Below, piece after piece: positions 1-13,200 of a DNA stretch of 64,000 nt. The stretch comes from Tubiluchus corallicola (Eukaryota > Animalia > Priapulida). Within the stretch, counting starts at the first letter, position 1. Every line of letters begins with the position of its first letter. The stretch is from assembly GCA_030141605.1 (NCBI GenBank), contig JAQGDQ010000354.1, forward strand, positions 124,001 to 188,000, written 5' to 3'. Both the position numbers and the translations under genes were made by a program. The notes beneath the pieces are model-generated. The model had not been told where the DNA came from and made no database searches. It saw only the letters and a list, made by a program, of their open reading frames with translations.

Positions 1-85
1 TAAAGATACAATGTACTAAAATATTTTTGATAAGAAAACCACAATTGCGTTGGAACAGAAGTGACCAAATTTCCCAAATACTTAC

Positions 86-3000
86 GCTAGCATCGATAAC
101 TGCAGTTGCTTTTGTTCGGCTATCAGTTTTGCCTCAACAAGATCATGACAGAGTTCAACGTTCGGCCGGAAAGTTCGTTTGGCTGACCGTGTCTCGGCTA
201 AACGTAGCGGTCCTTCTTTGTCTTCTATAGCCTTTTCTAATTTGCCAATGCTGAACTCAATGTCACTAAGTCGAGCTTTTGCCTTCAAAATGATATGTTA
301 CATATAAATATTAAGAGTCAAGAGGAAATTTGCTGCTTTAATTCAGTTGAGAACAATATTCCAGATTTTTCAGGAAACTGAAAATTTATGAAGTTGGCAA
401 GTAGACAATGGCTTCTTTCCTTGAATGGTATAGTTACTAATAGCACACATCTTAGCTCTATTATTAATTTAAAGTATACAATATTTACTATAGTCAAAAC
501 TATAAGAGATGAGATTAGTTTGCAGGAGACTAATTTTTAAACTGTAGGGTAGCTCATAATTTTTTGCTGGTGAGTAATACCAAAGCAACAGACATTGTGG
601 TGGGTGAAACCACCCGCTAGCATTCCCCCATCCATTCACTAACCAGGCTAGCATTGCTTAAATTCTGTCATTAAACGTACACTGTAACCACTTGACCTGC
701 CATATGTCCTGATGACTGGTAATCAAGCTTACCTGACTTAGATGATCCTCTAGTTTACTCTTTGCATCCTTGGTTTCATCAATCCGCTGCCGGAATGCTG
801 TGTTCACTGACTCACTCTGATTAAGCATATCTGATGCTGAGCAGAACCAGAATCACGTTATTTCGCACACATGAACAGTAACAGTACTACATCAAGATAC
901 AGCAAAATACCAAATGCAAGGCCAACATACGACCATACAGTCCTGTACATGTTGCCAATAGAGAAGAAGCAAACTTATTTACAAAATTACCGTGACACCA
1001 ATTGGTCAGAATGGACAATTTGGATTAACGTGCGCACAGCAGTAGCATCAGTTATCGGGTTTATGAGATTTTTAAATCGAATCTTAGAAAAACTTGGCTA
1101 ACTATATTTCGTACATAGAATGTAATTAGTTAACAAGTTTACGCCATTCACTTTGGGCTAGGAGGTATACACAGAACTACCACCTCTCAAACATAGGCAT
1201 GTGTCACACACACAAGTTTCGGTTCTCACACATTCTGCAACTTCACATGCACATTTCCAATTCACATGGCTTCATTTGCCATCAGTACCAACACAATTAG
1301 CAATACAACTCTCCATAGTAAAAAAACTTTCATGAGTCTCACAATGCAGTAAAAAGTATTGCAATTATTGAAAATTCAGCACTTGCACGCTGGGGCATAA
1401 TTTGCCCCCTCCCCAACCCAGATCTCTGCAAGTAACGAGATGATCCCTGAGCTTTCTACCTATCACACTCATTTTTACATCGAATGGTTTTCAGGTCTGT
1501 ATACAATTGTAACTAACTTAGCAAAGAGGTTAGAATTAGATACCCGTCTGTCTCAGGATGCTGTCGACAAGAAGCCGTAGGTTCAAAGCACTGTTGTTCT
1601 GTTTTTCAGCTTTTGCAACATTTATTTTACTCAGCTCTTCCCAAGTTAATGGATCTGTGGCCCTGAAATAGTGTAAATCTAGTGTTGATGTACCTAAGGT
1701 ATCAGCAGCGAAATGGTTTTAGTACTTGTAACAGTAATACAGTATCCAGAAATGTGAGCTTTTGCAACTAGTTTGTACAAACATTTATCACTGCATGCTG
1801 TTTAGCATTTAACGAAAATTGTTCACTACAAATCAGGCATGTGGATTTGGAGTCGGCAGTAAATTTGCTGCTAAAGGAGTCGGAGTTGTTAAAACTTGGG
1901 CTTTTGGAGATGGAGTTGGGACTCTGGAGTACACATATTGTTAGAGGAGTTAGTAAAAAATGGACAAACTCAGACTCCAGTTACTTTAAACTTATACAAA
2001 CTAAACACATTTATGCATAACATCCCATTTTGGGATGATTCCCAATTGTTGTTTATACAGCTGGATTGTTTTTTGAGCATAAGCAGTAGTGATGAAATGC
2101 CACTGTAGATAAACATTGAGAGTACTACAAACTATTATTTAGCAGTCGGATTCAGAGTCGAAGTGGGAGAGTCCCGGAGTCAGGAGTTTGATGTGCCGAC
2201 TCCACAGCCCTAAATGATGTATTTTGCACCAGATGCTTTAACTTCTATCACTGACAGAGTGAAAAAAATAGACAGAATACTGGTAAAAGATCAGAGAAGG
2301 AATTTATGCTGACAGTACCGACATTTTTATCTTTGTCTGCCTATAAGTGGACTAACAATATTTCACTGTGCCATTAAAACCTATCCAAACCATTTCACAG
2401 TTGTTTTGCTAGATGATTATAATGCTGAGAATATACAAGTGGTTCACATATGTAGCAACTTCAGCTTTACTGTAAGTATTTAGACAGAATGGATACAAAA
2501 TGTGTGTTTGCAAATTTGGTCAAATGGCAATTTTTTGTTTTTTTATAAAAACAAACGCTAAATATATTGGACTTTTATATTCTAGCATCAAATTATCAAG
2601 AAAATACTAAAAATCCAATTTTATAACACCATGCGCACTTTTCTGGCTAGAAACTAGTGCTGCAATAGTAAACTCCGATAGCAGCTCGTGGAAGCAGTCA
2701 TTTTGCTTCCGGTTTTTCTCTTACCAATCCCAGATCTTGGTCAGGAAGAGCCATCTACTGGATTTAAACATAACTTCAATGTGTTCTTGCAAGGTCCGTA
2801 GCAACCAACATTTGTGCGGTTGCTAAGCGTTTTGTGGAAATGCGACAAAAAACAATGGCTAACTCTAATAGGGATTTTCTCAAGGTTATGTTTTTCAGTA
2901 TGTAGCCAATCAATCAATCAATTTATGTCACTCCAGCAACACATATACAATACATCAACATAGAATATTATTGAAACAAAAAGAAACAGTATAGGTAAAA

Positions 3001-6000
3001 AAAGGTTTGTGAAGTCAAATTAACCAAATAAAAGAGTTGCTGTATGACACCTTGAAAGCTTGGCTTGTTAAGGTGGCAGAAATGAGTGAATGAAAGAATG
3101 GTTAAGGTTAGTAGACATGATGCAATGGAAAAAATAGTAAGATTGGGGATAGGAAGAAGGAAAAGAGGAGAAAAAACGACCACCTCAGCTTCAACATGGA
3201 TTATCTCAACTTAGCAGTAGCACTGAGTGATAAGCTTGGCATCAAGATGATCCTCATGAAATGGAGATTCTGGATATGTGAATAACTAGAAAATCTTAAT
3301 TGCCGACCTATGGGCGCTTTTCCCATGCAAGCACACAAATGTTTAGAATATAAAATATAAATTATTTTCTAATTAGAAGTACGCAAAATAAAGATAATTG
3401 TAGAATAGTTTTAATTAGAAAAATCATTTGACTGTTATAAAGTTATCACCAGTAAATAAAAAACTAAGTCCTGTCATCCTGCGCAAATTTTCTGATGCCG
3501 TTATATAGGTATATTAATGGTAGCTTATACACAGAGTAATATATAAGATGCCACTATGTGCAATAGTAACATAAAAAATGGTAGCTTACCCCGTGTCTAC
3601 GGCCTCTATACTACTAGCAGTACTAATAGTAGACGCACTTCTACTCCTTGCAGCAAGAAATGTAAAATTATAAACTAATAAACTTGTTTGGATCAAAGTA
3701 AACAAAGACTAGATGAAAATCTAATATCACTATATAATATAAAAATGAAAGATAACTGACAAAACACTGACTAGATACCTTGGATTTTCTGGTGCAATCT
3801 CCAGCCTTGAATCACCTGCTTGCATGACTGATGCAGATGTGGGTCGCAAGCTTGCACAGTGGCTATCGATTGTATGTGCCTGGTGCTTATCAGCCAAGTC
3901 TTTTTCTACGTGATACCTTGCCGAACGACACAGTCTGTCCAAATATGGTATAAAATAATTCAGTTCACTTAAGTTAGATTACTAACGTAGTGGCTTTCTA
4001 TTGGTTAAATTAGTAAATTTTTATTTGCAACAAAAAGTGTAAAAATGCCGAATGTAAACGTAAATTCACAAATCTAGGTTTTCTGTTTTGGAGATCGCTG
4101 GTATCTATTAGAATTAAATAGAACATTGTAGAATGTTCCATTAGAATAATCGTCTTACCTTGTAGAATGTTCTAGAAAGAAACGTCTAGAATGTTCCCTG
4201 GCACCCTATATAAGGCGAAGCAAGCCGCTGAGACATACTCACACGCAGATTCACATGGACGCACACTTACACATTCTCTTGTATACTTGTATTTTCAGAT
4301 ACACTTAAACGTTTTCCAGTTTTTCACGTTTACTGTAAACATTTCGCGTTCCTTCATACTTTTGTGTTGTAGAATTCTCGCTTAATAAACTAGTTTAATT
4401 TGACGAAGTGTTTTCTGGTTTTCTCTACAAGCCTTCCAAGAGAAACAAAACACAACAAATTCATAAATTACAAACGAGTGGCTTTGCCGTAAAGCGTGCA
4501 ATGAACTATTTTCAATGGTGCAAAATATTTTGAATTTCGCCTGTATCATTTATCCTGTTCCCTTTAGATGCATTTAAACAGGCTCCCTACCTTATTTGTT
4601 CATTAGTTTGATCAAGCGTACGACGGAGTAACTCCATTGCGCTCTGAATGCCAGCTTGCTCCAGGAGAAGCTCTTTCTGCACATCATCAAATACAAGATC
4701 TTCGCCAAGACGATTTTTCCTAAGAATGAATAGGTTCAGTCACTTGTGGATAAAGCAAAATCGAACCCAATCTTAATCTGCATGTCAAAGCAATCTGCTT
4801 TTTAAAATATTGAAAGAAAACATGCTATTTTTTCAAAAATGACTTACGTGAAAGAATTATTACGGCATAAACACAATTTCATGTTCGTGCCGCTAGTTCT
4901 TTGCCGTTACATGCATATAGCCACTTGCTAGTTAGACAGGATTAGTGCTTGTATTTCAGAAACACATTACACATAAAGGAAAGTTTCATAACAGCTGAAG
5001 AAAAACAAAACACCAAAACAAATTATTTCAAAATCTCGTATTAGCATTTATACTTTCGTAACATATTAGCTCGATTTGTATAAGTGGCGATGTATGACCA
5101 CTTGGACCATTTTTACAAGTTCCTTATCTTTGGTTAACTTGGAGATACAAACCAGTCGGAATTCAATTCATTCAGTGAGCAAAAGACGATACTCAAAGCA
5201 TTTAATTGTATAATAAACCTTTTATTTCTGCGAAACCAAAGGTCCATAGCATAAGTATGAGACTTTATAGTATCTTCTCTAAGATTAACTCACAGTTAAA
5301 CTCCAATAAAATAATTTTGCGTAACTAAAATGTCACTAGAATGGTGAATTACTTACTCATCCTGTGATCACTTTATCCAAGTGACAAAACGCGGCAAAAC
5401 GTTGGCGGATGGAGTGATAAGTACCAACCAACCAAAAATTTGACGAAATTTCGGACTCTCTGTACGACTTGACAAAAAGCTATCCCAGTTCTATGCACGG
5501 GGAAAGCTAAGTCAATGATCATAAATGGTAAATCTGCTTCGGTCACAGTTACAATTTGTGTAGAACAGTTAGATACAAACCTAAATTCCAAGCACTGTTG
5601 GTTTATTTGGAATGGTTCTTTGCAAGCTGCAAGGGCTTTCTCTAAGCGATTCTTGTGCAAAAGTAAATTTTCTATCTCGGTCTTGGTCACTTTCAGACTT
5701 CTGTCGAGTTCACTTTTCCAGTAATCAATGTCATCCACTCGCTGTTCTATAATGTACAAGTTCTAGTTAAAACTAGACGTAGAGTTTTTACATAGATACT
5801 GATGTGTGTTGTACCACATAAAGATTATACTACTATATCATGTGTGCAGTTTAATAATGTACAAGTTCTAGTTAAAACTAGACGTAGAGTTTTTACATAG
5901 ATACTGATGTGTGTTGTACCACATAAAGATTATACTACTATATCATGTGTGCAGTTTAATAATGTACAAGTTCTAGTTAAAACTAGACGTAGAGTTTTTA

Positions 6001-8103
6001 CATAGATACTGATGTGTCTTGTACGACAAAAAGATTATACTACTATCTCATGTGTGCAGTTTAATCATGTACAAGTTCTAGTTAAAACTAGACGTAGAGT
6101 TTTTACATAGATATTGATGTATGTTGCACCACATAAAGATTATACTACTATCTCGTGTGCAGTTTAATAATGTACAAGTTCTAGTTAAAACTAGACGTAG
6201 AGTTTTTACATAGATACTGATGTGTGTTGTACCACATAAAGATTATACTACTATATCATGTGTGCAGTTTAATAATGTACAAGTTCTAGTTAAAACTAGA
6301 CGTAGAGTTTTTACATAGATACTGATGTATGTTGGACCACATAAAGATTATACTACTATCTCGTGTGCAGTTTAATAATGTACAAGTGCTAGTTAAAACT
6401 AGACGTAGAGTTTTTACATAGATACTGATGTGTCTTGTACGACAAAAAGATTATACTACTATCTCATGTGTGCAGTTTAATCATGTACAAGTTCTAGTTA
6501 AAACTAGACGTAGAGTTTTTACATAGATATTGATGTATGTTGTACCACATAAAGATTATACTACTATCTCATGTGTGCAGTTTAATAATGTCTTTGGTTT
6601 TGGGTTCTATTGTGATGGGTTTTTGCCCTGAATTTTAGTTTAAATGATCCCATACTTTAGGATGCTGTACACAGTAGTCACCTCTTAATAAAAGCACCAC
6701 ATGACCAGCAATATGTGGTCTTAATAAATGACAGTTTTACAATACAGCTGGCTGTTGCCAATTTAATTGACATTAATTAATATATGACAATTAACATGGG
6801 GCAGCCAGCTTATATGCTTACAGAATCAAGCATACAACAGTGACTGAAGTTCATTCAACAGACTAAAATGTATTTCAGTAACTGTGCATGCAAAGTAGTT
6901 ATGATAAAATAATCGACCTTTGCTTTCAGTGTGACTTTGACTAAGAAGAAGTGAATCTAGGAAGTTTCAACTGCGTATGTAAAAAATAAGGAAACTACCA
7001 AAAAGCTACAATTTAGTTTTTCATTTTGCTTTCGTTTTTGCCTCCTATTACTGAAAAATGTGATTTATTAAACGACACACTGGTTTTATTGACCGAATTT
7101 TCTTAATACCAGTTTTTATTGGTATTCTCCATTCACAGTGACAAAAGCAAGAAAAGAACACACAAATAAAAACTGAAACCTCAAAAAATATTGATATTTC
7201 TAAATTGTTGTCAAATAACAAGCGATTTCCAAGTGAAAATCACAAGTGGTAACAAGTGAAAATGCTTGTAATTAATGTTTTAGCTATCGCTTATACTCAT
7301 TCTTTTCCCGCTTTTTACAGTCTGAATTTGTATAAAAGTGTCAGCATTCGTTTTACAAACGTGCCTAGATTCACTTTTGAAATATTTTGATAGAGACCAT
7401 CAGCTATTTGCTGTGCTAATTTATTAGAAGCACAAAAGTAACAATTTCACGAAGTTACAGAATATTAAGTTTTGTACTCATAATATGAACACGTAGGTGT
7501 GCAGTAGGTTTGGTAGTTTGGTACAGGTAATTTTGGTTACTGGTAATTTTGGTACAAGGAAATTTTGGTACCTGAAAAAGTTGTTACTAAGAATTTTTGG
7601 TACAGAGAAATTTTGGAATTGAGAAAATTTGCTATGGAGAAAGTATGGTACAGGTAAATATGGCACTAGGAGAGAAAAACGTAATCCCCTTTATAGTCTC
7701 AAAGATTTTAACATTTATTCACCAGCTTTTACACTAACGGGCCTCATCAGCTGAAAAAAAACAGATAAAATGTTAAACTGTGTGTACCAATATAAGAACA
7801 TTAGAAAACGAAATCTTAGCCAAACATCATTGGCTAGAGAAAAAGTATAAATGACTGCATAAGGTAATATGGTTGCATTTCTTTTCTTTTTGTTTTCTGT
7901 TTATCTGTTTGTTTGTCTGTTGTTGTTTTTCTGTTTCTTACTTGCACTTTTCTTATTACTACCACCACCATCATCATCATTGTCATCATTATCATCATCA
8001 TCACCATTATTGTGTTACTTTTATCGTTTTGTTGCTGTTGTTACTGTTGTAGTTGTTACTGTCGATGTCGTCCTTGCTGCTGCAGCCGTTGTTGCTGCTG
8101 CCG

Positions 8104-8147
<44 letters not shown>

Positions 8148-9565
8148 GATAATGTTGTTGTTATTCTAGTTGTATGTAAATTTCTGCTTGCTGCTTTTGT
8201 TGTCTTCATCGTCGTCATCATCATCAACATCATCACCATTGTCAATATCACTGTCTATCTATTACCACATTAGCAACAGTTAACACAAAATTAGATGCAA
8301 CAGCCATACTGTATCAACAAGAAACAGAAGCAATTTCAATGAAGGTGACAGCTATGATCTTGATGATGACACGCCATCTCTGCCACTGCCACTGCTGCTA
8401 ACAGCGGCATCATGACAACATTAAAACATCACCGTTGCAACTGCCAGCAGCAGCAGCAGTAGGAGCATCAAGAAGAATGGTTCTCACTCCATACGGTGGG
8501 CCTCGCGGTAAACCAAACTATGCTTAAGCAGCATGTTCTTTCCAGTGATATCATCAGCCACCATTGCCATGTTTTTATATTAGAAGTTTGATAAAAATTG
8601 TAAAAAAATAGAAAAGTTCTCACTGTTCCTGAAAAGAACGGATTGACCGACTGGTGGGACTCTCGAGAAGAGATATATAGCTCTTTAGAAAGAGCAAGAA
8701 CAGGGCTACGCGATGATGTGGACTATATTTTAGGACACGTCCACCAAGAGGAGTCACGACAAGTTAATTAGATGTTCCATTTTTGAAAATTTTCGCTTAG
8801 AAAACTGCCGACGCAAAGCCATTGTTTTGAGGTCATCCATTATACTCTGTCTATAACCTTATAACTTTAATTCAGCAAAAGCTGCTGCTGGCTTTGCGTT
8901 AGGTAAGTAAACAAACACTAGGTAGGATGTTCAAGTATTTTTTATTATGAATGTATTTAAACGGAAAAATTTTTGCGGGGCTTTTGCTATGTTAATTTTC
9001 AAACTTTGCTGTTTCACGAACTTTTTAATACACCAGACTTCCTATTTTCCAGTTGAACAATTATTTTGTACTGAGATATAGGAATGCTGTCTTTTTCATT
9101 AAGTACCAAATTTCCCTAGGATCAGATTTTCCTCCTAACATATTTTCCTAGTACCAAAACTTGCTTGTATCAATATTTCTTGGTACTAAACAATCCTAGC
9201 ACCATATTTTTCTCATACCAAACAATCCCCGTACTGCATTTTCCTAGTACCAAAAATTCTTTGTACCCAAAGACGGTGCGTACTAAAAATTCTTATTACC
9301 AAATTTTGCCAGTACCAAACTTTCCTCGTACCAATTTTATCTGTAACAAACTTTCCTACATTCGAACATACATACCTAGTTACTTACCTATTTTCTTGTT
9401 TACATCTTTCAAAGTTTTATCTGTAATTTCTTCAGTTTCAACACAAAGTCGATCCAACTCTTGTAAAAGATGATCAGCTTCACAAAGCCGGTTTTGGGTA
9501 TTTGCGTACTTTTCAAAATTCGCAGCATTCCACTGTTGCCAGTTCAAATTTGACTGCTCTGCCAT
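86..9565 (-). CDS. TEKT1: Tektin-1-like ciliary filament protein (spliced; 3' end runs off the window). Coding exons: 9565-9388, 5746-5581, 4719-4591, 3934-3779, 1662-1544, 836-733, 282-86
   Basis: All junctions are GT-AG and phase-consistent (1,2,2,2,1,0,2). The joined translation MAEQSNLNWQQWNAANF...DVNKKIEQRVDDIDYWKSELD...RLEKALAACKEP...CLEFRKNRLGEDLVFDDVQKELL...QIRLCRSARYHVEKDLADK...WEELSKINVAKAEKQ...TKDAKSKLEDHL...EGPLRLAETR..RTFRPNVELCHD runs colinear with recalled vertebrate TEKT1 and contains the tektin nonapeptide. The subfamily call is from recalled similarity, not a phylogeny. Confidence 0.9.
1834..2212. mobile_element. Degenerate family D MITE
   Basis: GGAGTCGG subrepeats, ending CCGACTCCACAGCCCTA. 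Confidence 0.6.
4087..4457 (+). mobile_element. Solo-LTR-like element, family B
   Basis: Close match to 56628-56991. Confidence 0.65.
5750..6591. repeat. Minisatellite, about 105-bp unit x 8, in tektin intron 1
   Basis: The unit AATGTACAAGTTCTAGTTAAAACTAGACGTAGAG...GTGTGCAGTTTAAT recurs at 5751, 5856, 5961, 6066 and onward. Confidence 0.97.
7958..8250. repeat. Compound (CAT)n/(GTT)n low-complexity tract
   Basis: Directly visible. Source of the ORFs at 7869-8273. Confidence 0.9.
8736..8992 (+). repeat. Interspersed repeat family H; second copy at about 36960-37216
   Basis: CACGTCCACC(A/G)AGAGGAGT...CCATTATACTCTGTCTATAACCTTATA...TTTTGCGGG is shared between the two copies. Confidence 0.8.
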
Positions 9566-10271
9566 TTTTTTTTGTTTTGCTAACCCTCTACAGTCAAAAC
9601 ATTGTTAAATCCATATTGCAGGACCTACGCAGTAAAAAAATTGAGGCACTACCTAAACATGTCAAGAAAGTGAAAAATGCAGTAAAGGCATCTAAACCTT
9701 AAGGCACATTATAGTGTGCATGAGTTACAATCTTGCTTCAAGTCTTAGTCCTTTCATTACGTTTTAAAAAAAACATGCAAAATGTAAATTATAAAGAAGG
9801 AAACCGCCTAGAAATAGTAGAATGTTAAAGTTTGAGTTTGTAAGTGAGAAAATAAAATTGTTGCAGTGATTTTCATCGTGCAAACGCGTACATACATGCA
9901 AGTTCATTAGCGGTTGAGACTATAGCCAGCTCCATGCTGATATTGCAGGCCCTATTCAGTTTTCCGTAAAACTATTTTTGCCAGATACCATGCTTTTTAG
10001 ACGTTCACAGTGAGCAAGGTGCTGTTTTATACAATGCAAACACGATAAAAGAGTGCCAAGCTAAAAGTACAAAAGTAATAATTTATTGTAAATAATAAGC
10101 AAACCAGTCTCCCAGACGCGTTTTGCAGTTGCTACACGCGTTGCGGTTGTCATAGCATCACGTGCAGTGCGTGATCTCGCGAAAAATGTGCACTGAGTCA
10201 CGTGGCACGAACAGCTGCTGTATGTCGTGTACTGTACAGTTAAATTTCTCGCGAATTTTTCTAAATTAAAA
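9566..10271. promoter_or_regulatory. Putative bidirectional promoter between tektin-1 and SLC25A1
   Basis: The divergent start codons are about 700 bp apart. A CpG-richer patch at about 10110-10255 holds an X-box-like GTTGTCATAGCATC (10146-10159), two CACGTG E-boxes and two TCTCGCGA motifs. Confidence 0.6.
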
Positions 10272-13200
10272 ATGACAAAAATGGATCGACCAGAAAAAGA
10301 ACAAAAGTTTTCCAATCCTTTTGTGAGACCTTCTATGACTGTCTCCGGCGCTGCCAAGGTGGCAGATTATTTACCTGCTCAAAAGACTGTAAAAGGTGTT
10401 GTTGCAGGTAGGTTCAAATAGTTGCAAGCTTTTTGTTGGCATTATCGTCATGAATATACGACGCATTGCAGAGCTTTCAATTATTTACTTTTTAAACAGC
10501 TGTAACAAATGGTTAGTCCAAAATAACTTGTTAGTGTAAGAAGTTGGATGGAATCTATTGTACTGAGTTACATTATTAATCGTAAATTATACCGGTACTA
10601 TACTACTATTACTAGAAATGATTCCAAGCCAGCAAGGGTTCATTAAAGGTCATTTGCATTTTACTAGTTTGATACTATTTTTTGTAGTGTTACTTAAATG
10701 CTTGATAAAGGAAGTCCTTTTTGAGGGTAATTTAAATTCACCATCTGCATGGTGAGCAGTTTTCAGCTTATGCAGATCCAATTTTAAGTGTAATAGTAAT
10801 ACTGGCATTGGTTGTCACTGTAAAGTTTAGCCAAACTAGGCTTAACGTCATTTATATGTGGAGCACCTAGTAGGTAAACTGCTCTTCAGTGGGAGATTGT
10901 TCGAATCATTAACAACTCTATGCTTATACAATTTTGAGTTTCTAGTGGTATTACCTCGTTGTTTTATCAGTTTTCTATGTTGACCTCTTAGAATCCTGGC
11001 AATGTAGATCAGTTGACTATGTCGTATTCGATTAAACTCAATTTAAGTTGAATTCTTTTATTATACAACAAAATTGAAATATGGTTTAACTCATAATAAT
11101 TTTTCTGTAACCATATTAAGTTTTAATCAGCGAACGTTTAAAATAGTCTATTTACATTTTACCATTATTTTATCAACAGCAAACGTATTATGTGATACAA
11201 ATTATGCCATATTATATATAAAACAAACTTCAATACTCTGCATAAGATTTATGCCACTAAAATCCTTTATTGACTTCAAAATGAAATCTCAATTTTATAA
11301 ATTATCTACAAAAAAGGTTCTTGGAATGACTTAACTAAGGTTAGCATTAAGGACAACCCAACAGCCTAATAGTAAATAATGTAAACATATCAGCTACACT
11401 TTTCTTTTCTGTTATGAAATTCATTTAAATTTAATATTAACATACTTTATTTAAATTTTACATCTGTTGTCAATTTTTTCGCTAGCTTGGTGCCCTAAGC
11501 ACGTGCTTAGTCTGCTCATGTGTTAATTCCAGGGATGAGAATTTTCCGTGGAATTCCGAGTTTTTGGAAGACTAGTAGTGCCATTTTTGTAAATCGCATG
11601 AATTCTTTGAGAAAATTTTTACTGACCCAGTACATTGTTTCACAAACTGACCGCTAGGTGGCCACCCGTCACTTTGTTTACATCACGTACATCAGCATAA
11701 CCACGTGTATGTCTCTATGTATAAAAATATAGAATCAATTGTGCGGAGTTATTTGAGTTAATTGCAGACAGTTTTTATATACTTTTGCATAGGAGCAGCC
11801 AGTACTTAGGCGTTTTTGAGACAATTAGGTATCATGTATCCTTGATAGTTGGGTATTTTAAATTATGCATGAAACAAGGTAATTGATATTTTAAGTCCAC
11901 TTAGAGGCTCCCTTGAACCCCAATAGGTGCTTACGCGGCCCCCAAACCCCCGGCCTGTTTCAGAGTTTTTTGCAATTTGTCATTCTCATCCCTGTAATTT
12001 GGCCCTGTATATGAAATGCAAATATATATACATATAAGTGTTGCTCCGGATACAATTTCTTGCCAGACAGCGAGTAGCAGATATCATCGAATATTTCCTC
12101 AAATTGACTTCCGGATTCGGATTATAACCGGATAGGTTAGCTAAGTTTCGGATCGGATGTGCGGATCAGTTCAGATAATGAAAAATTAGTAAATGTTTGC
12201 AAACCTTAGCATTTTCATTTAATCTATCATCGTAAAGGACCTGCCCTGAAGATATACCATATTGCCACACACAAACAAAAAAAGATGTGTAAAATTTTCA
12301 TCTTGAAAACACAAACATATATTAAACCAGTCTCTAAGTTTATTGGTAATATTTTATTTAGTTATTTTCGTCTGTTAATTTATCTGAAAACCGTTTTCAA
12401 TTGCACGTTACGAAAACCAGAAAGCGAATATTTGCGAATATCAAATTTTTATAACTACCGGATCATATCAGATATGAATACCTGCAAAATTGCGCGAATA
12501 TCACCATTTTCGGATATCCGTAGCAAAACTAATATATATGTACGTCTTTCTCGTGGGACCTCAGTCAAGTAGGAAAGTTGTGCCAGCATATTATGATCAA
12601 AGTTGAGCATTGTCCAGTAAGTTAAAAGCTGAACAGTGGTAGGTATATTCACCAGGTTGCAGTCCTAGTGTTTTATATTATTGTAAATTCACATCACTCC
12701 ATGTTTAATTAGTCGTTGGTTCGTATCTGAGCTGAACTGCTTTTTGGTCACATTGTTGGCATCTGTCTATTGCCGTTTGATTGATTTATTCTGTGTCTCT
12801 TTCATTGCTTAAACAAAAGTGTACAATTTTTTTGTTTTACTGAATTCCATTTTGTCTTAATAAGTAGTTCCATTTTACAAGGATGAGAATTTTCCCCGCA
12901 TACGTGGAATTCCGAGTTTTTTGAAGACCAGTAGTGCCATTTTTGTAAATCTCATTTAATTCGTTGAGAAAATTTTTACGGACCCAGTACATTATTTCAC
13001 AAGCTGACCGCTGGGTGGCAGGCCGTCGCTTTGTTTACATCGTGTACATCAGTGTAACCACGTGTATATCTCTATGTATAAAAATATAGAATCAATTGTG
13101 CAGAGTTATTTGAGTCAATTGCAGACAGTTTTTATATACGTTTGCATAGGAGTGGCCAGTACTTAGGCGTTTTTGAGAAAATTAAGTATCATGTATCCTT

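Noticed and set aside
5750-6591. Regular array with an internal palindrome as possible CRISPR
   Set aside because: The whole 105-bp unit repeats, with no variable spacers.
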